Shown here piece by piece: positions 43,639-58,374 of a stretch of DNA of 64,000 bases (position 1 is the stretch's first letter; each line of letters opens with the position of its first letter). The notes under the pieces are model-generated. The model saw only the letters and a program-made list of their open reading frames with translations, did not search any database and was not told the origin of the DNA. The stretch is from Chrysomallon squamiferum. Its lineage: Eukaryota > Animalia > Mollusca. The DNA is taken from NCBI GenBank assembly GCA_012295275.1, contig CM022669.1, positions 2,170,001-2,234,000 of the forward strand. The letters are read 5' to 3'. The translations under genes and the position numbers were made by a program.

Positions 43639-44414
43639 TCTGCCTTTAATACGAAAATCAGAGTTGTTATCTTCTATCAAAAGTTGTTGTTATCTTCATA
43701 TATATATAAATATAGATATAGATACAGATATAGATATAGATACAGATATATATATTTCCGTCTGAAATTTGTATTCTGCTCAACGATACCATCTCCTTTA
43801 ATTCCTCGTGCTTGACCCTCCCCTCAGTGTGTGAGGTTTTATTGCTGTGATGAGTTTCATCATCAAAAAACGACTTTCACAGGTCTTGAACTGATCATAA
43901 ACTGCAGTGATTAGAAAAAAAGTGCTTTAGGCTAAAACAAATAACATCTCATGTTTCTCAAAACTGACATTTACCATTTAACTGTTATTCGATAACTCAT
44001 TTGGCATCGTGCGTTCAGCCCGGAGCAAACAAGCAGTTATTTCTTATCAAATATCGGAAAAAAATAAAGTATTTTGTATCGGTTACATATGCATTTGTAT
44101 CGGTTACATTTCGCATATTGTTTCTGGTTTTGTCAGTATAATGTTAATAATGAAGACGTGGTTCAAAATACGAAGAAAAAACTCTCTCTCCGTGTTTGTC
44201 TATCTGTCTGTCTTTCCCTATACTGCAGTAAAAGAGAGCTTATAATTATTACTACGATTTTTACTATTACTGTAATGATCAGCTACTATTACTAGTGCTG
44301 TTATTATTACTACTACTACTTCTGCTGCTTTTGTTCTGCTATAATAGAAAAACAATAATTATTTCAGTATTTTTAACTTTTTAATTAATTAATTTATTTA
44401 TTATTATTATTATG

Positions 44415-44471
<57 letters not shown>

Positions 44472-45131
44472 GTTATTGTTATTGTTAGTGTTATTTGTGT
44501 TATTTAATCTAATGTTTTAAAAATAATAAATTTACAATTTTGTTTTAAATTTTCTTTTTAATCTAATTTCTTTTTTATAATATATTTTCGGGAAGTGTTT
44601 GGATTCGTAACTCAAGCTGTAAAATAAATGCGAAATGATTACCTAAAAACGTACACTTAGTTCACCTATGTAGTTAATCGAAAATAACATAGAATTTAAA
44701 AATAAAATTAAATAATATGGTAAAAAATCGAATAAAATAAAAACCGCAGTGTCTTAGTTTGTAAAAATAAAATAAATACTATCATCTTAATTCGTTTTAA
44801 ATTAAAAAAAAATATTACTAATTATTAGTTTATTTAAAAAATAAAACGGAAATAAAGTACTAGATTAATCTGTTTTAATAAACATTAAACATCATAGGTG
44901 TTATTTTTAATAATTTACATATTTATACAGTTAGTTTTAAATGAAATTGGATTCCTTTAAATAGAATCTAAATTATTATCCTAATTTTTAAAACAAAATA
45001 ATGTACTATTTTCATTTGTTTAAATAAAATATTACTTATATTAATTTTTTTAATTAATAATATACTGTTTTATATTAAATAAAATGAAACCTGAGATAAA
45101 TGAAACACAAAACAGAAACAGTCCAATCTAC

Positions 45132-45192
<61 letters not shown>

Positions 45193-45262
45193 GCTGTTTT
45201 AATTCATTTCTTTTACTAACATTTACAAATAACACAATATGATAACAATGATAATAACAATG

Positions 45263-45306
<44 letters not shown>

Positions 45307-45367
45307 CTGATAAATAAGTGTATATGACACACAATATTACACGTTGTTGTTTTTTTGTTTTTTTCAG

Positions 45368-45462
45368 AGGCTCACGATGCTCTTCACAGCTTTTCATGCA
45401 AGATGCTGGCTTCTCGCCATTGCAACGAATGCGCCTACAAAGAGACACCAATGCCTCGATGA
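45368..45462 (+). CDS. SKOR: SKOR last coding exon (EAHDALHSFSCKMLASRHCNECAYKETPMPR*)
   Basis: Long T tract plus cAG acceptor at 45366-67; EAHDALHxFSCKML is the conserved SKOR C-terminus; TGA at 45460-62. Confidence 0.93.
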
Positions 45463-45687
45463 TGTCGTCGTTTCAAGATAAACATTCTGAAAAACATGTA
45501 ATCAAGGAAAAAGTGCATTCAGAAAGATAATGAAGCGACTGATGTTTTTTTATCATATGACTGACGTTAATGAAGGGATTTTAATTATAAACTCTAATTA
45601 GAATTATGAACGAATGCAGCAGTTAATAGATGCTGTTTAGTAAACGTACTTAAATATTAACTTATATTAATTATTGTGCAAAATCAT

Positions 45688-45718
<31 letters not shown>

Positions 45719-45738
45719 TTGTTACAACTAGCATTATG

Positions 45739-45797
<59 letters not shown>

Positions 45798-46146
45798 CTG
45801 ATTTCCTTGTCATTTTTTATTATTATTATTTTTTTTTATCTTTTCATAATTCTACTATTTCGTAACAAGATGTTTTCTCTTATTTCGCTTCTTAAACAAT
45901 TTTATATAACGCTTTTTGTTGTCTTGAATAATTTACTAGGTATCTAGAAACATGTGTATTGTAGAACGTGTCAAGAACAGCAATATCAAAGTGAGAAATC
46001 TAAATTTCTTACGTACCAGTATCTAGTTTTTTTATACACTGCTATTTGTAGATGACTGAAAAATGTTTAATATACTTTATTATCTGCTAAAATATTTACT
46101 TCAATTTTCTTTTAATTTTTTCTTTTAGTATTTCTTTCTTTCTTTC

Positions 46147-46206
<60 letters not shown>

Positions 46207-46516
46207 TTAGACAAATGATAAGTAATTTCTCTTTGGTCCAGTACATTTTAAATAATAACGTCCAGGCGGTATTTTCATAAACTTATATTTTATGATATTA
46301 ATCATTGCTCTGTATTTACAGTTAGTAAACAGTTAAAGAAGATACCATTAAAGATATTGTTTTCTAGTCTGTTAAGCAGCAAAATATGTATCTTTATCTA
46401 AGGAAATGCGTATGCATTAAGTTTATAATTTTAATTATCTATTAGATTATAAATTATTCATGTGATCTGATGTATTTATTTATTTATTTACTTATATATT
46501 TATATCATCATCATCA

Positions 46517-46566
<50 letters not shown>

Positions 46567-47075
46567 TAAAATGTAAATAATGCAAAATAAAAACTCCTTT
46601 TTTTCTTTAAAATATTTAATTAAAAAAATATATGTACCATATAAATATATGTTAGTCATCCTTTATCCTGTAACCAGGAAAAAACAATCACATTATTTAT
46701 TAACAAGTTTAAATTTTATCTAAAATAACTCTTTTTTCTCTCCTCAATTCTAATTTAAAAGTATCAGCTTGAAAGTATATAATTCATGATGAAAGAAGTG
46801 TTCCGCTGGCGAGTTTTTACTTTACATCTCTCCTTTCTTTTTCTTTTCACTTTTTAATAAATGTTAACCGACGATTTCAGTGAATACTTACAAATGTATA
46901 AGTACACTTTTCTTTTTGACTAGGAGATAGCTTTGATTAAGTTATTTAAATCTGGAACTAAGTGGTGGTTACAGATAATTTTTAAAATGATGTAACTGAA
47001 ATTAGACCAGTAATGTATAGATGATATTATTATTTGTATACTTCACTGTGATGCAATATAACGTGTAAATTTATA

Positions 47076-47081
47076 AATAAA
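47076..47081 (+). terminator. Candidate SKOR poly(A) signal (3'UTR about 1.6 kb)
   Basis: AATAAA preceded by several TGTA motifs and followed by a T/GT-rich tract (47100-47145); an alternative AATAAA lies near 46856. Confidence 0.45.
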
Positions 47082-49068
47082 AGTATTCATTTGTCATCTG
47101 TTATTTTCTTGTTTTATTCTCTTTTTTTCTTTGTTGGTTTTGTTTGCGGCGAATTTTTACTTTGCTTCATTGAGAGAAGAGTTCATGTAACTGGAATAAT
47201 GTCTGATATTGCCAGAGATTTATTTTTAAGTCAAGGACTTTTATTTTTTCTATTTATTTTTGCTGTGTAAGAAAACTTCAGCTCTGCGCGGTTTCAGATC
47301 GGTGTTTGTCTGGTGTAACAGTCCAAAACACTCCCACAGACAGCTCACTCTACAATATTTTCTGGCTGTTTTCAGACTACAGTCAAGCCTCTGTCCATCG
47401 AACATTTTTTTCTTGAGCAGTTTATCCCCTTGTTTTCTTTACTTTGTAACTTAATTCATCTTGAAAATCATGTTATCCATAATGAACCTCTATTTTTGTA
47501 ATCCTGAAACTGCGCCCGATTCGATTAACAAATAATACCAACATTTTATGAAATAACTCGCCTTTCCTTTCAATAACTTCTTGGTTTAAATTTACAGCCT
47601 TTCTTGTTTTGTTTTTTCACCATGAGTCGATGATAATAATAACAATACAAATAATATTATAAAAATGGGTATAGTTAACAAAAGAACAGACACTATTGAC
47701 GAATTAAGACAAAATATATTTTGTTCAGTATTAGATTATTTTGTTTAATCTTTCATTTGTTTTGTTGTTATACACTGTGAGTTTAAAACAAAGAAACAGA
47801 CACATTCAACGTGAAAGATTTCAGAAGTGTTTTGTTTTCTTTTCTTAATTCTTTTTTTTTTCTATATTTTTTCTCCGTTTTCTCTTTCTGTTTTCCCCCT
47901 ATTATTATTATTATTATTCCTTCTGTGACTGTATTAAAAAATTACATTACAGGATTTTTAATTCCTTTTTAATATTTCATTTTTGTTTTTTGTTTTTTCA
48001 TTTCCGTTATTTATTGTTTGTTGTTGCTTTGATATTACTTTTGTTTTGTCTTTTGTCATTATTAGAAGCTTAATATTGTTTCCTTATGATTAATATATCT
48101 TAATCTTAGGTTTGGTTTTCTTGGTAATTTTTTAATATATTTTTTATTTTTGTTAATATATTGATGATTTAATGGGTTTTTTTTTTTTTTTATTGTTTTT
48201 TTTTTTTTTTGTTGGTATTTTTTTTCCCACAGGTAGAATTATTCTGTTTTTTTTTTTTTCATTAAACTATAGTCGTTCTTTTTCAGTTTATAACATTTCT
48301 AAAATTCAAACGTTGCTAGTCATACCAGCTAAGATAGTAGTTTTAATAAAAAAAATAATAATGACAAAAATTTTTTATAAAAATATTTAATAGAAGAAAG
48401 AAAAGATTAGCTCTCAATTTTCTTGCCAATGTTTACTAATAAACTTTCCTGCTGGAAAAAATAATTTAATTAATTAATTAATGGTAATTTTTTATGCTAT
48501 ACTCTAATACTACACTGCTATACTGTACTATACTGTACTAAATTATAAACATAGCATAACTACAATATATTATAATGTAATAGTACTATACCATATCATA
48601 ACACAACGCATTATACCATATCATATCATTCCATGCCATATATGACATACAATTCCGTAGCATATAATCTTTCAGTTCGTACTAAGTTCTATTTTACCAT
48701 ATCATAACACAACTGATACATGAACAGTCAAAATGGTGATGTGAGGCCAGCACTTCCTCCATGACAAAGCTTTTAACAAAAACATGTGATTAATCGGCAG
48801 CGTGTTCAAAAATATCTTTCCAAAATGTCACTGGCATTCGTCTGACCTTTACAGCAGACTGTCGTCAAAACAGATCTATTTCTGACCTGAAACTAATCTA
48901 CGGAATTTCTTCCTTGAAGTAACTTTTTTGTACAGGACAGTTTAAAAAATACACCATCTTGTAAAGAGGTTGTCTGTTAGGCATTTGTAAATGCCATTTT
49001 GGAATGCATTTTAAAAGATTATTAAACATGGATTTAAGACTTAATAGTCTTGTAGTCATAACAGACTT

Positions 49069-49106
<38 letters not shown>

Positions 49107-52100
49107 TAGTTGTTATTATTGTTAGTAGTAGTAGTAGTAGTAGTAGTAAGTAGTAGTAGTAGTTTTTTTTTTTTCTTAATTTCATAATTTTTTATTTTAT
49201 TTGGGGTTTTGGGGTTGTTTTTTGTTGTTGATGATGATGTTCAAATGACCAGTTAGGTTACTCCTAACGAAGATGTCTCTGTCACTGATGTGGTTAGATC
49301 GGTGGCGAGCCCAGTATGTTATGGAACCGTATCCAAATCCGCATGAAAAAAATAAATACAAAAATAATGATAAAAAAAATAATATTACATATAATTAAGA
49401 ATGTAACATGAACTTTCTTGCACATTAATATTACTTTTATATGTATCTAAGATGTGACTTAGATCTGACCTAATACATTATCAAGTCAGACAACACATAA
49501 TGTTTTATCTTGTTTTTTGGTTGAATATTAATATTTTCATATTCAAAACAACTCATTTTTGTCCAGAATTGCGTATCTTTAATAATAGAGAAAAATAAAT
49601 AACGTTGTTGGCCAGAAATCTACATTTGTCGTGAACGATGGACGTAATAAAATGATTCAGAACTCGAATTCTACAGACTCTCTGTCATTTTGAAAAACAA
49701 AGGAAGCACTGAAATAACAAAAACACTGCAAGAAACCGTCGTGTGGCTGGTAAAGTAATTAAAACTGTAAAATCCGCTGGATTAACGGAATTGTGATTGA
49801 ATACGCGACGCCAATAATGAGTTAGAAAACGAGGAAACTTTCGTTAAGCGCCGGTCTGGTTAGTCCGACATTTTGTATTCCATAAACGTAGTCCATAGTT
49901 GGGTGATCAGAATTGAATTACACTTGCCCACCGGTAGTATTAGCTAGTTTAATCGTTTTCTGTACTTAATGAATTCAAATGGACTGACTGCAAGGTGACT
50001 GTAATTACAAGAGGCCTGAAGCTGATGAGAAAGTTAATTCGCCGCCTTGAGCTGTCACCGAGAGAAAATGAAGTGCGTGAAACAGACCCTCGTTTTATCA
50101 AACTGAGCACTTTTATTTGACTTCAAGTTAAAGGTTTGAAAAAATAAAAACTGATTTAGATTTCCAGTTAAAATTAAATAAATAAAAAAATGACATATTT
50201 TTTTTTAACTTCAGTTGAAAAGAAAAAAATAATAATTGTTATTTTAGATTTGCAGTTGAAATTAAATTTAAAAAGATAATAAATTAAATGTGCTTTAGTT
50301 GTGTTTTTAAAATAGAAATATTATAAATTTTTTTAAAGTAATAATAAATAAATAGAAACGTTTTTGAAAAATAAAATACGTTAAACGTATTATAGATCTC
50401 CAATTAAAATTTAAAAAAAAGTTTTAGTCTTTCACCAAAAACAAAATAAAATAAAACTAACAAAAACAGTTTTTACTCTTTCAGTTAGGATAAAAATAAT
50501 AATAAAAAGGTGCCGTAAAAACCATGTTAGAACTTAAAAATAAATTTTATCTAAATTGAATTTTATTTTATTTTACATTATCATTTAAAATTAACCGTTA
50601 AAAACAGACTAATCACTTGTTCGTTTAGATTTCAAAATAGAAATTTGGTATTTTAGATTTAAAGTTACAAATTTAAAAATAATAATAATAATTACTAAAA
50701 ATAAACAATAAAGATTTGTAGCTTTTATAAAAAGTTAAAAATAGATTTTATATACTTAAACTAAATAGAAATAAATAAATAAATAAATTTCACAAAGTGC
50801 TTGCAATGTTTTGTTCCTCTGTCGGTTTCTATTTAGAGTTTGGTACTGATTTAGGATTTTTTTAAATATTTGTTTTTACAGGTTAATATTTAAAAAAAAA
50901 GAAAAGAAAAAAAAAATGTGTCTTCTTTAATTTATTATTTTTATAGTTATTCCAGTATCAAATGAACTTTAAAATTTCAAAATATTTTCTAAAATCAGTG
51001 GAAAATAGTTGAATTCCTGGTGTGGCAGGAAATCTCAAACCCCCATGCCCATGTATAGGCATGTGGGTTTGTGCTTTACTAGGCAATTATTTATTGACCA
51101 ACTTCCTTCATAAACACTAATTAATTAAAGTTGTGATAACACCTGTTGTAGTAGTCAGAAACAGTATATACATGTTTCCCTTCTCACTAAGATTCATCGG
51201 TCCTACGAGGCCTGTGCCATTGCTCTGCCAGAAGATGTTAGTAACAAGGATGCTATGGGCTGTGCGATTTCCAAGGGTTTGTAATTAATTGAATACATAT
51301 GAAATATATAATTACATTCTTTTCCATGATTAATTTTTTCGCTTATTTCTGTTATATAAATACAGCATGTAAATTTTTTATCCATCTCGTATTCTTCCTG
51401 CAAGAAAGAAATCTCATCATATTTTTTTTTTAAATTGATTTAAAAATAAAGATATTTTATTTGTATTCACAAGAGTTGTTTCATATTCATATTTAGCCTT
51501 GTCATACTTTTAATATGAAATGTAATAATAACTTTTCAGTAAATTATGTTTGATTAATATTCCACTTCTACTGTAATTTGTGTTATTTTTATACGATCTT
51601 TTTTATATTATTATTATTATTATTATATCCTCGTTCCGTATATTTTTACATCATTTCTATATTTCTAATATTATGAAGGTTTTTTTCACGATTCTTGTTA
51701 TATGATATCCTATTTCTCATTGTCTCTTTGGAGAAATACAGTATTTTGTGACATATCCTTTCAGTTATAATAATTATGATATCTTCATTTCTAAAATAAA
51801 TTATGTTAAAGATATTATGATATACGAATTGGACAGTAATTTACATTATTGTGATGGATATGTCAGTTTCATCAGTAAATCACTGCCGTAAGAGACGTAT
51901 ATTTTTCAGTAAATCACTGATAGATGACACAAATATTTCTTCAGTGAGTATTAGTAATAAGTTTTTATATCTTTAATTACGTTCAGTAAAACCTTGAGAG
52001 AGCGACAGAGAGAGTAATATTTATTTTTTAAACGTCAACTTGTCATGTGTTAGTATTGATTGAGCGCAGTGAAACCGGTGTTTTAGATTTAATTTCTGAT

Positions 52101-53775
52101 TAAAGACAGTTTAATTTGGATTTTATTTTCTCTGAATCAGGTGTTCCTAGTAGAGGTAATTTTGTCAAGATGAATTATGGGGGTGTTATTTAATACGTTT
52201 CGTGTATTTAATCATTTTGATTAAATTTCTGCTTTTTAATGAACCATTAGGCGCCATTGTTTTCTCGTATACATTACATTACTTCCGGCAATCGTTGCCA
52301 TGGTTAGGTTTGTTAAAATGATTAATATATTCTCAAATACTCTTACATTTTTTAATTAAAGAATATTTATCAACGTTTTTTAAACCGCAAAGTGTCAATA
52401 AATAATATATATATAACTACACAAAAAAAAAATAAAAAGAAGAAGAAACAAAACGTTTTTTTTAAGGTAAAAAAATGTGGTATTAACTTGTTCTTTAATT
52501 TATTCATTACTCAGGGGCAGTATTAGATTTATTTGTATCGGATGAGAAAGTCTGATTAAGAAGATTATAAAACAAATACTGGATATTTCTACTGCAATTA
52601 AATATTTAATAATGTAATAAATGGTCTATGGTATGTGCTAACTTGTCGACGGAAACTTTCGTTGTGTTTCTAATCAATGACAACAAACCCTGGACAAACA
52701 TTATATATTATTTTACAACAACAACAACAAATATGTGTATATGTTATCATATGAATCGCTTTGGTTTCTGATTACCATACGTGTTCAGCCTGCCAAAGTT
52801 AATCTGGTTGATGATGTCATTTGTTACTAAAGACGACCGTGAAGGAAATCAAGGAATTAAACAAGTTGAATAGATTTAATGTTCAGTGAAAAAAACAAAA
52901 CACAAACATAAAGATGTCTGGGGTTTTAATACTTTGATTTATAAAGAATAATAATAATATAAAACATTTTTGAAATCTCTTTATTTATAGAAAACGGAAA
53001 TAATACCATTTGACCTAGATCGCTATTCAAGTGATAATGTTTGTTTTTTAGGATTGAAAAAAATCTGCAATTGAACAATAAATAAAGCCTACTCATTTCC
53101 TATAGGACAGAGCGTATCATGCAGAAAAGCGGATATTAGAAGAGCAATTAAGATTATTTCATTATTTCAGATTTTTCACAATCAGGTGAATCGTTCCTTT
53201 TAACTGTGATCACCAGCTTACAGAATAAGACGCGAGCATTCCATTACAATTTTCTTTTATCATTTTCGTGCATTCAAAACAGAAATTTAAACAGATTTCA
53301 TGATATTATTTTTTATACAATAAATTCACTCACTAAGTACATAGTAAAATGACGAAATGCATATCGCTTGAGACTGGTACTGAACTATCTCAAGAGGACA
53401 CCTGGCATCTTCTTTTTCTCTTTCTTTTCTTTTCTTATTATTTCTCTACAGTTATAAAAAGATGCTAAATATTTAAGTTCATCTGAGTAATCATAATTAT
53501 TGTATATTTGACAACAACTGTTAAGTAAATAAAATGCTATGAATTGTCAGCGATCAGTTTTCGGATAACTTCGGCTACGCCGATTGTCCGACAATAACAG
53601 AGCCAGTCAGAGCTACACGGCAAAGATATCGGGACAGCATATGGTCCGTGAAAATATTATATTTCTAGAGCATGAATATAACAGATTAATGTTTGAAAAT
53701 AATTGTCATTAAAATTTGAGATACAGCTTTCCAGGTTGATTAATTTTTTTATTTCTCAGTGTTTTTTTTCTTCTT

Positions 53776-53807
<32 letters not shown>

Positions 53808-54004
53808 TTTTCCTTTGTTATTTGAAACAGTAAACAAGAGACATATCATTAGAAAAAAATGTTAAATGAATTAATCAAGGGAGGTTCAACAGTTTTAAAA
53901 AGGGTAGTGTCGATTTTTTGATCTATGACAATAAGAACTCAAACAGACTACTAACAAATATTGCTTGTTGCTACTGCTAATAACTTGTACTATTACTATG
54001 ACTG

Positions 54005-54326
54005 CAGGTACCGAACCAATTATCCGGACTCCTTGGAGCCTGAGGCATTCCGGATTTCTGAGTACCAAGGCATCTAAATACGTAAATAATTAGGCATAAA
54101 CATTTCAAAATTAAAAACATAAAGAAAATTGTCGATACACGGCTGTGGCGACTCGACACGTAAAGAATGCGGCGAGTGAATGAACGCCAAGCGGCTTGAA
54201 AGAGTAGTTCCGGTCTGGTGAGGACAAAACTCGCGCGCACGAACTTTGAAAATAGCGTCGGGAAAAAACATCCGGTTTTCTGGTCTTTCCGGATTTCAGG
54301 ACGCCGGATAATTGGTCCGAAGCCTG
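54005..54326. mobile_element. MITE (about 320 bp), pogo/Tigger-like
   Basis: Left CAGGTACCGAACCAATTATCCGGACTCCT versus reverse complement of right end CAGGCTTCGGACCAATTATCCGGCGTCCT; subterminal TCCGGATTTC repeats; right flank TA, left flank TG (possibly a mutated TA); GC/CpG-rich against an AT background. Confidence 0.8.
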
Positions 54327-56142
54327 TACTTCCATGATTACTATTATTATTATTATTTATTTTTATTTTATTCATTTTATTATTTACTTGATTCTTTTGT
54401 AACAGATCCTTTCCATTGCTCTCCATGCCTTACTGAACTTTGCTAAAACATCAAATGAGAGCACTTAAAATAACAAAGTACTGAAGTGTCTTGGTGTTAT
54501 TGTTAATAATAACTGCTCTGAAATGATGAAATATTAATATTCGTTTTTCATGCCTTCGAAATTTAAATTAACCATGACTCCCATTATTAAACTGTATGTT
54601 ACTGCAAAGGAAAAAGTGTTTTTATATATTTACCATTTTGCTAATGGATCCGTCATTTGTGCTCAAGCTACTGACAGCAAGAGTCAATTGAATTCGATCT
54701 CTTCTTTTGTCTGGATCATTTACTATTAAAAGTGTTTTTAAAGAACTAATTTTCTTTGTAACTGTTAACATTAGGTTGTATATGCTTGAGTATTTTTGAA
54801 TTATTATTATTTTTACTGAATGTTTGTCAATTGTACTCTGTGATCATCATCTATATTCGATGACAATAACTGCTATAGCAAGTCAATAACAGTAACATTA
54901 GCAACAATGTCTACAACTGTAATAGTAATATTTATAAAGACTGGTGATGATGACTACGACGGCAACCTCAAAACAGTAATAATTACAACATCAGCAACAA
55001 TAACTGAACAATAATAATCCTGTTAGTGATGATGTAGACTACTGCTACACAGCAACAGCAATATTAACAACAACAACGACGACGACAATAATAATAATAA
55101 TATTAATAATAGTAGTAGTAATAGTAGTAGTAGTAGTAATATTAGTAATAATAATAATATTATTATTAATAGTAGTAGTAGTAATATTTGTGGTAATAAT
55201 GATAATAATAGTGCTATTGTGAAGATGTAAGTTATCTCAAATCTCTGGAGATACTGGTTTCGTTTCTGTCTGCTGTTCATGGCAGTTTGATCAAACATCT
55301 GTCCCTGTAGAGATGTTTTCTTGCACAGACAAGTAGACGGGTTCGTGGATGACGACAGCACAGTCATGATCTGACGTTCTGTTGTACATCTGTGTTAATG
55401 AGATTTCTAAAACTGCTATTATTATTACTGATGTTGCTGTTAATATTGTTATTGTTGTTGTTGTTGTTGTTACTGGTGGATGTTAGTTGATAATAATTTG
55501 TAAATTACAAAATTAATTGGTGTAATGTTTTGATGATATTTAAGGATGCATTTGATAAAACATAAACGGCACAAGCTGGAACTGATAATACAGAACTTCA
55601 TTTATGGAATAAAAGTGAAAATTGTTTAATCGTATCAAATGTATTTCATCTGGTCATCCACACCTTATTTTTTCAAACCTGTAAACAAGTTATGCTTTTT
55701 AAGTTCATCATAATTTTGTTCCGCGTATCTGGATTTCTAACAAATATTCATTTTTAATCCACATACATATAACTCCAAAGCCTATCCATTGTTTCACAGA
55801 ACTTTGACAGATAAAAGTTAACTTTGTCTAATGAAGTATGATTGAAAACGTAAAAGCAGTTTGATGACAGAGATATTTTATTTCTGTCTCCCTGTAATCA
55901 ATCACACAACATTTACCTTTCCAAGAATACAAACCTACCCAGGGGCGGACCCAGTGTTAAAACTGATTGTTTTTGAGGACACCGCAGATTTGACACAACA
56001 GGGGCGGACCCAGTGTTGAGACAGATAATTGAAAGATATGACAGAGTGATTGGCTGCTGGAGAAAGTATTTAACCGTCGTGAAAAGTTTTCAGTTCAGAC
56101 GTAGTTTATTTAGATTAAAGTGAAAAGTTACACTTTATAAAC

Positions 56143-56177
<35 letters not shown>

Positions 56178-56489
56178 CCCAATAAATAAATAACTAATTT
56201 TAAAATAAACTTATAAATGTGATATTGAAAAGATTTAGCTACATAAAGATTTGATGGACTTTTGGCAAACAGCCATTTTAAAAAAAAAAATTAAAAAAAA
56301 ATTTATGTTAAATAGGCCTATTATTTTTGTTTTGTTTTGTGTAAGATTAAAAATAGAATTCAGCAATAACAATATAATGTAATTTATTGTGCAATATAGT
56401 ATAAAATTATAAAATGTGATGATTAAAATTAAAGAATTTAATTACTAATCAATGTACTCTACGCTTACCAGTTATCAATTACACTGACT

Positions 56490-56545
56490 AACGAAGCCGG
56501 ATTCGAACCTAAATTCCTCTGAATCAGAGACATCTAAGCTATCAC
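56490..56545 (-). repeat. tRNA-derived (SINE-head-like) relic
   Basis: Minus-strand GGTTCGAATCC (plus 56499-56509) is a Pol III B-box; no convincing A-box or cloverleaf. Confidence 0.3.
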
Positions 56546-58374
56546 AAAGAAAACGGAAGATAACAATTTATCTGCGACCATCATTATTAAGATTACCAGA
56601 CTCGATCCCGAAACATTATGTAGCCCAGATGTCCAAGCGGTGGGAATTGTCATGTTAACGTGTTATGGACTATTTATCGCTGTAACGAGATTACTTGTTA
56701 TCGAGTTTGATCTAAACGATCGCGCGCCTTCGTACCAGTCGCGTTTAACCATCTAAATGATGTTTGGGGAATACGCTTTAATAAACAACAGGCAATTGTG
56801 AATAATTCACTTGGATGACATTTGTGTTTGGACGACTGATATAGCCTGCTATTTATTAAAGCCCCGAGGACTAGCGATGGCTGCAATAATTTTAGCCCGA
56901 TATAGGCAAATTAATGACGTTATAAAGTATTAATCCAAGCCGACCTTTTGTTTAATGTTTCCATTCTATGCTGAAGTTGACGCTTCTTTTAAATCAAATG
57001 GCATTCGTTAACTCTACATCCGGATAATTTTATCAGCAAATTGGTATATGTAAATAATTGTATTCCGAAATGTTCTTTTTCTTTTTCACTGTTTTTCTTC
57101 TTCTTTTTTTTTCAATATGTTTTTTTTTTTTTTTTCTTTTTTTTTCGGAAATTGGATTGTTAGTTCGACAAGAAAAATGTGCTTTTGTGAATTGCGTTGC
57201 CTTATTAAAACAGAATTAGTAGTCACTGAGTGTGTTATTAATAATAAAAAAATGAGCAATTATTTAAGAAAATAAGGTGTACGGACAGTTTTAATATTTT
57301 ATACACGAAGAAAAAGGCGTTTTTTTTTCAGAAGAAAAGCCTGTCTTCGTTCCGCCAAAAAGAAAAGAAATCTATTAACGAGAACATAGACATCATAATT
57401 AATGTCAGGTGCAAATCAAGACAGGAGAACATTACCTGGTCAAAATAGTTTTGATCCAATCAAAGTCGAAGAAGTTTTTTTGTTGTTGTTGTTGTTTATT
57501 TAGATCTGTTTTTAATTTTATTTATTTATTTCTTTATTTATCGAATTAATTTATTATTATTTAAAAACAAATTATTATATAACACATGTCTTTTTTTAAA
57601 CAAATAAATAAATAATTTGATTTAAAAAAGTCAAATAAAATTCTGCTTAAATTATTACAACTGTTTTTATTATTTTTTTTTTTTTCTTTTCTTAAAATTA
57701 TTACTGTTGTCCAACACTAAAGGAAAAAGTAATGTTTGAAATGGAAGTAAGACTCAGCTAAATAAAGAAAGAAGAAGAAATGAAAAAATTCACAAGAAAG
57801 GACATTTTGAAAGAAAATGACACTGTAAGATCGGGCGAAGAGAAATGTAAATTTTAGAAGATCAAATGCTCAGCACAAAAGATAATACAAATAATATAAT
57901 TTTAGAGCAAAACAAAAAGGATAAATAAATAAAGAAAGAAAGAAAGAACGAAATAACACAAAAACAATAAATAAATAAGAAAAAAAAATCAGAAATAAAT
58001 AAGTAAATAAATAAATCTAGAAAAGAAAGAAAGAAAGAAATATCGTTAAAAAAATAAAAAAATATTAATAAATAAAGAAAGAAAGAAATATCTTTTATTA
58101 AATAAATAAATATTAATAAATAAAAACAAATAAATATAAACGTAAAAACAAATAAATTATATATTTAGAAGTATTAGAAGAAAAGGAAATGTATGCTGAT
58201 ACTAATATGTTGCTGTTATGGACACCGCTACTGAACATAAGTTCTCTATTCAAACTGTGTAAACGAGTTTCCATTTTTGCTAACTAAAGAATTATTGTCT
58301 TAAAAATAAGTTAGCGTGAAAGAAAACGTTGGTTATTTTGTTAGCGAAAAAATCATTGTGCACATAACTGAGAA

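Noticed and set aside
45318-45530. 70-aa plus-strand ORF over the last exon
   Set aside because: Wrong frame; the conserved EAHDALH peptide is in another frame.
53977-54426. 149-aa and overlapping ORFs as a possible transposase
   Set aside because: They span a short MITE and flanking microsatellite; no DDE or HTH motifs.
56490-56545. tRNA gene
   Set aside because: Only a B-box is present; no acceptor stem or cloverleaf, so it is kept only as a low-confidence SINE relic.
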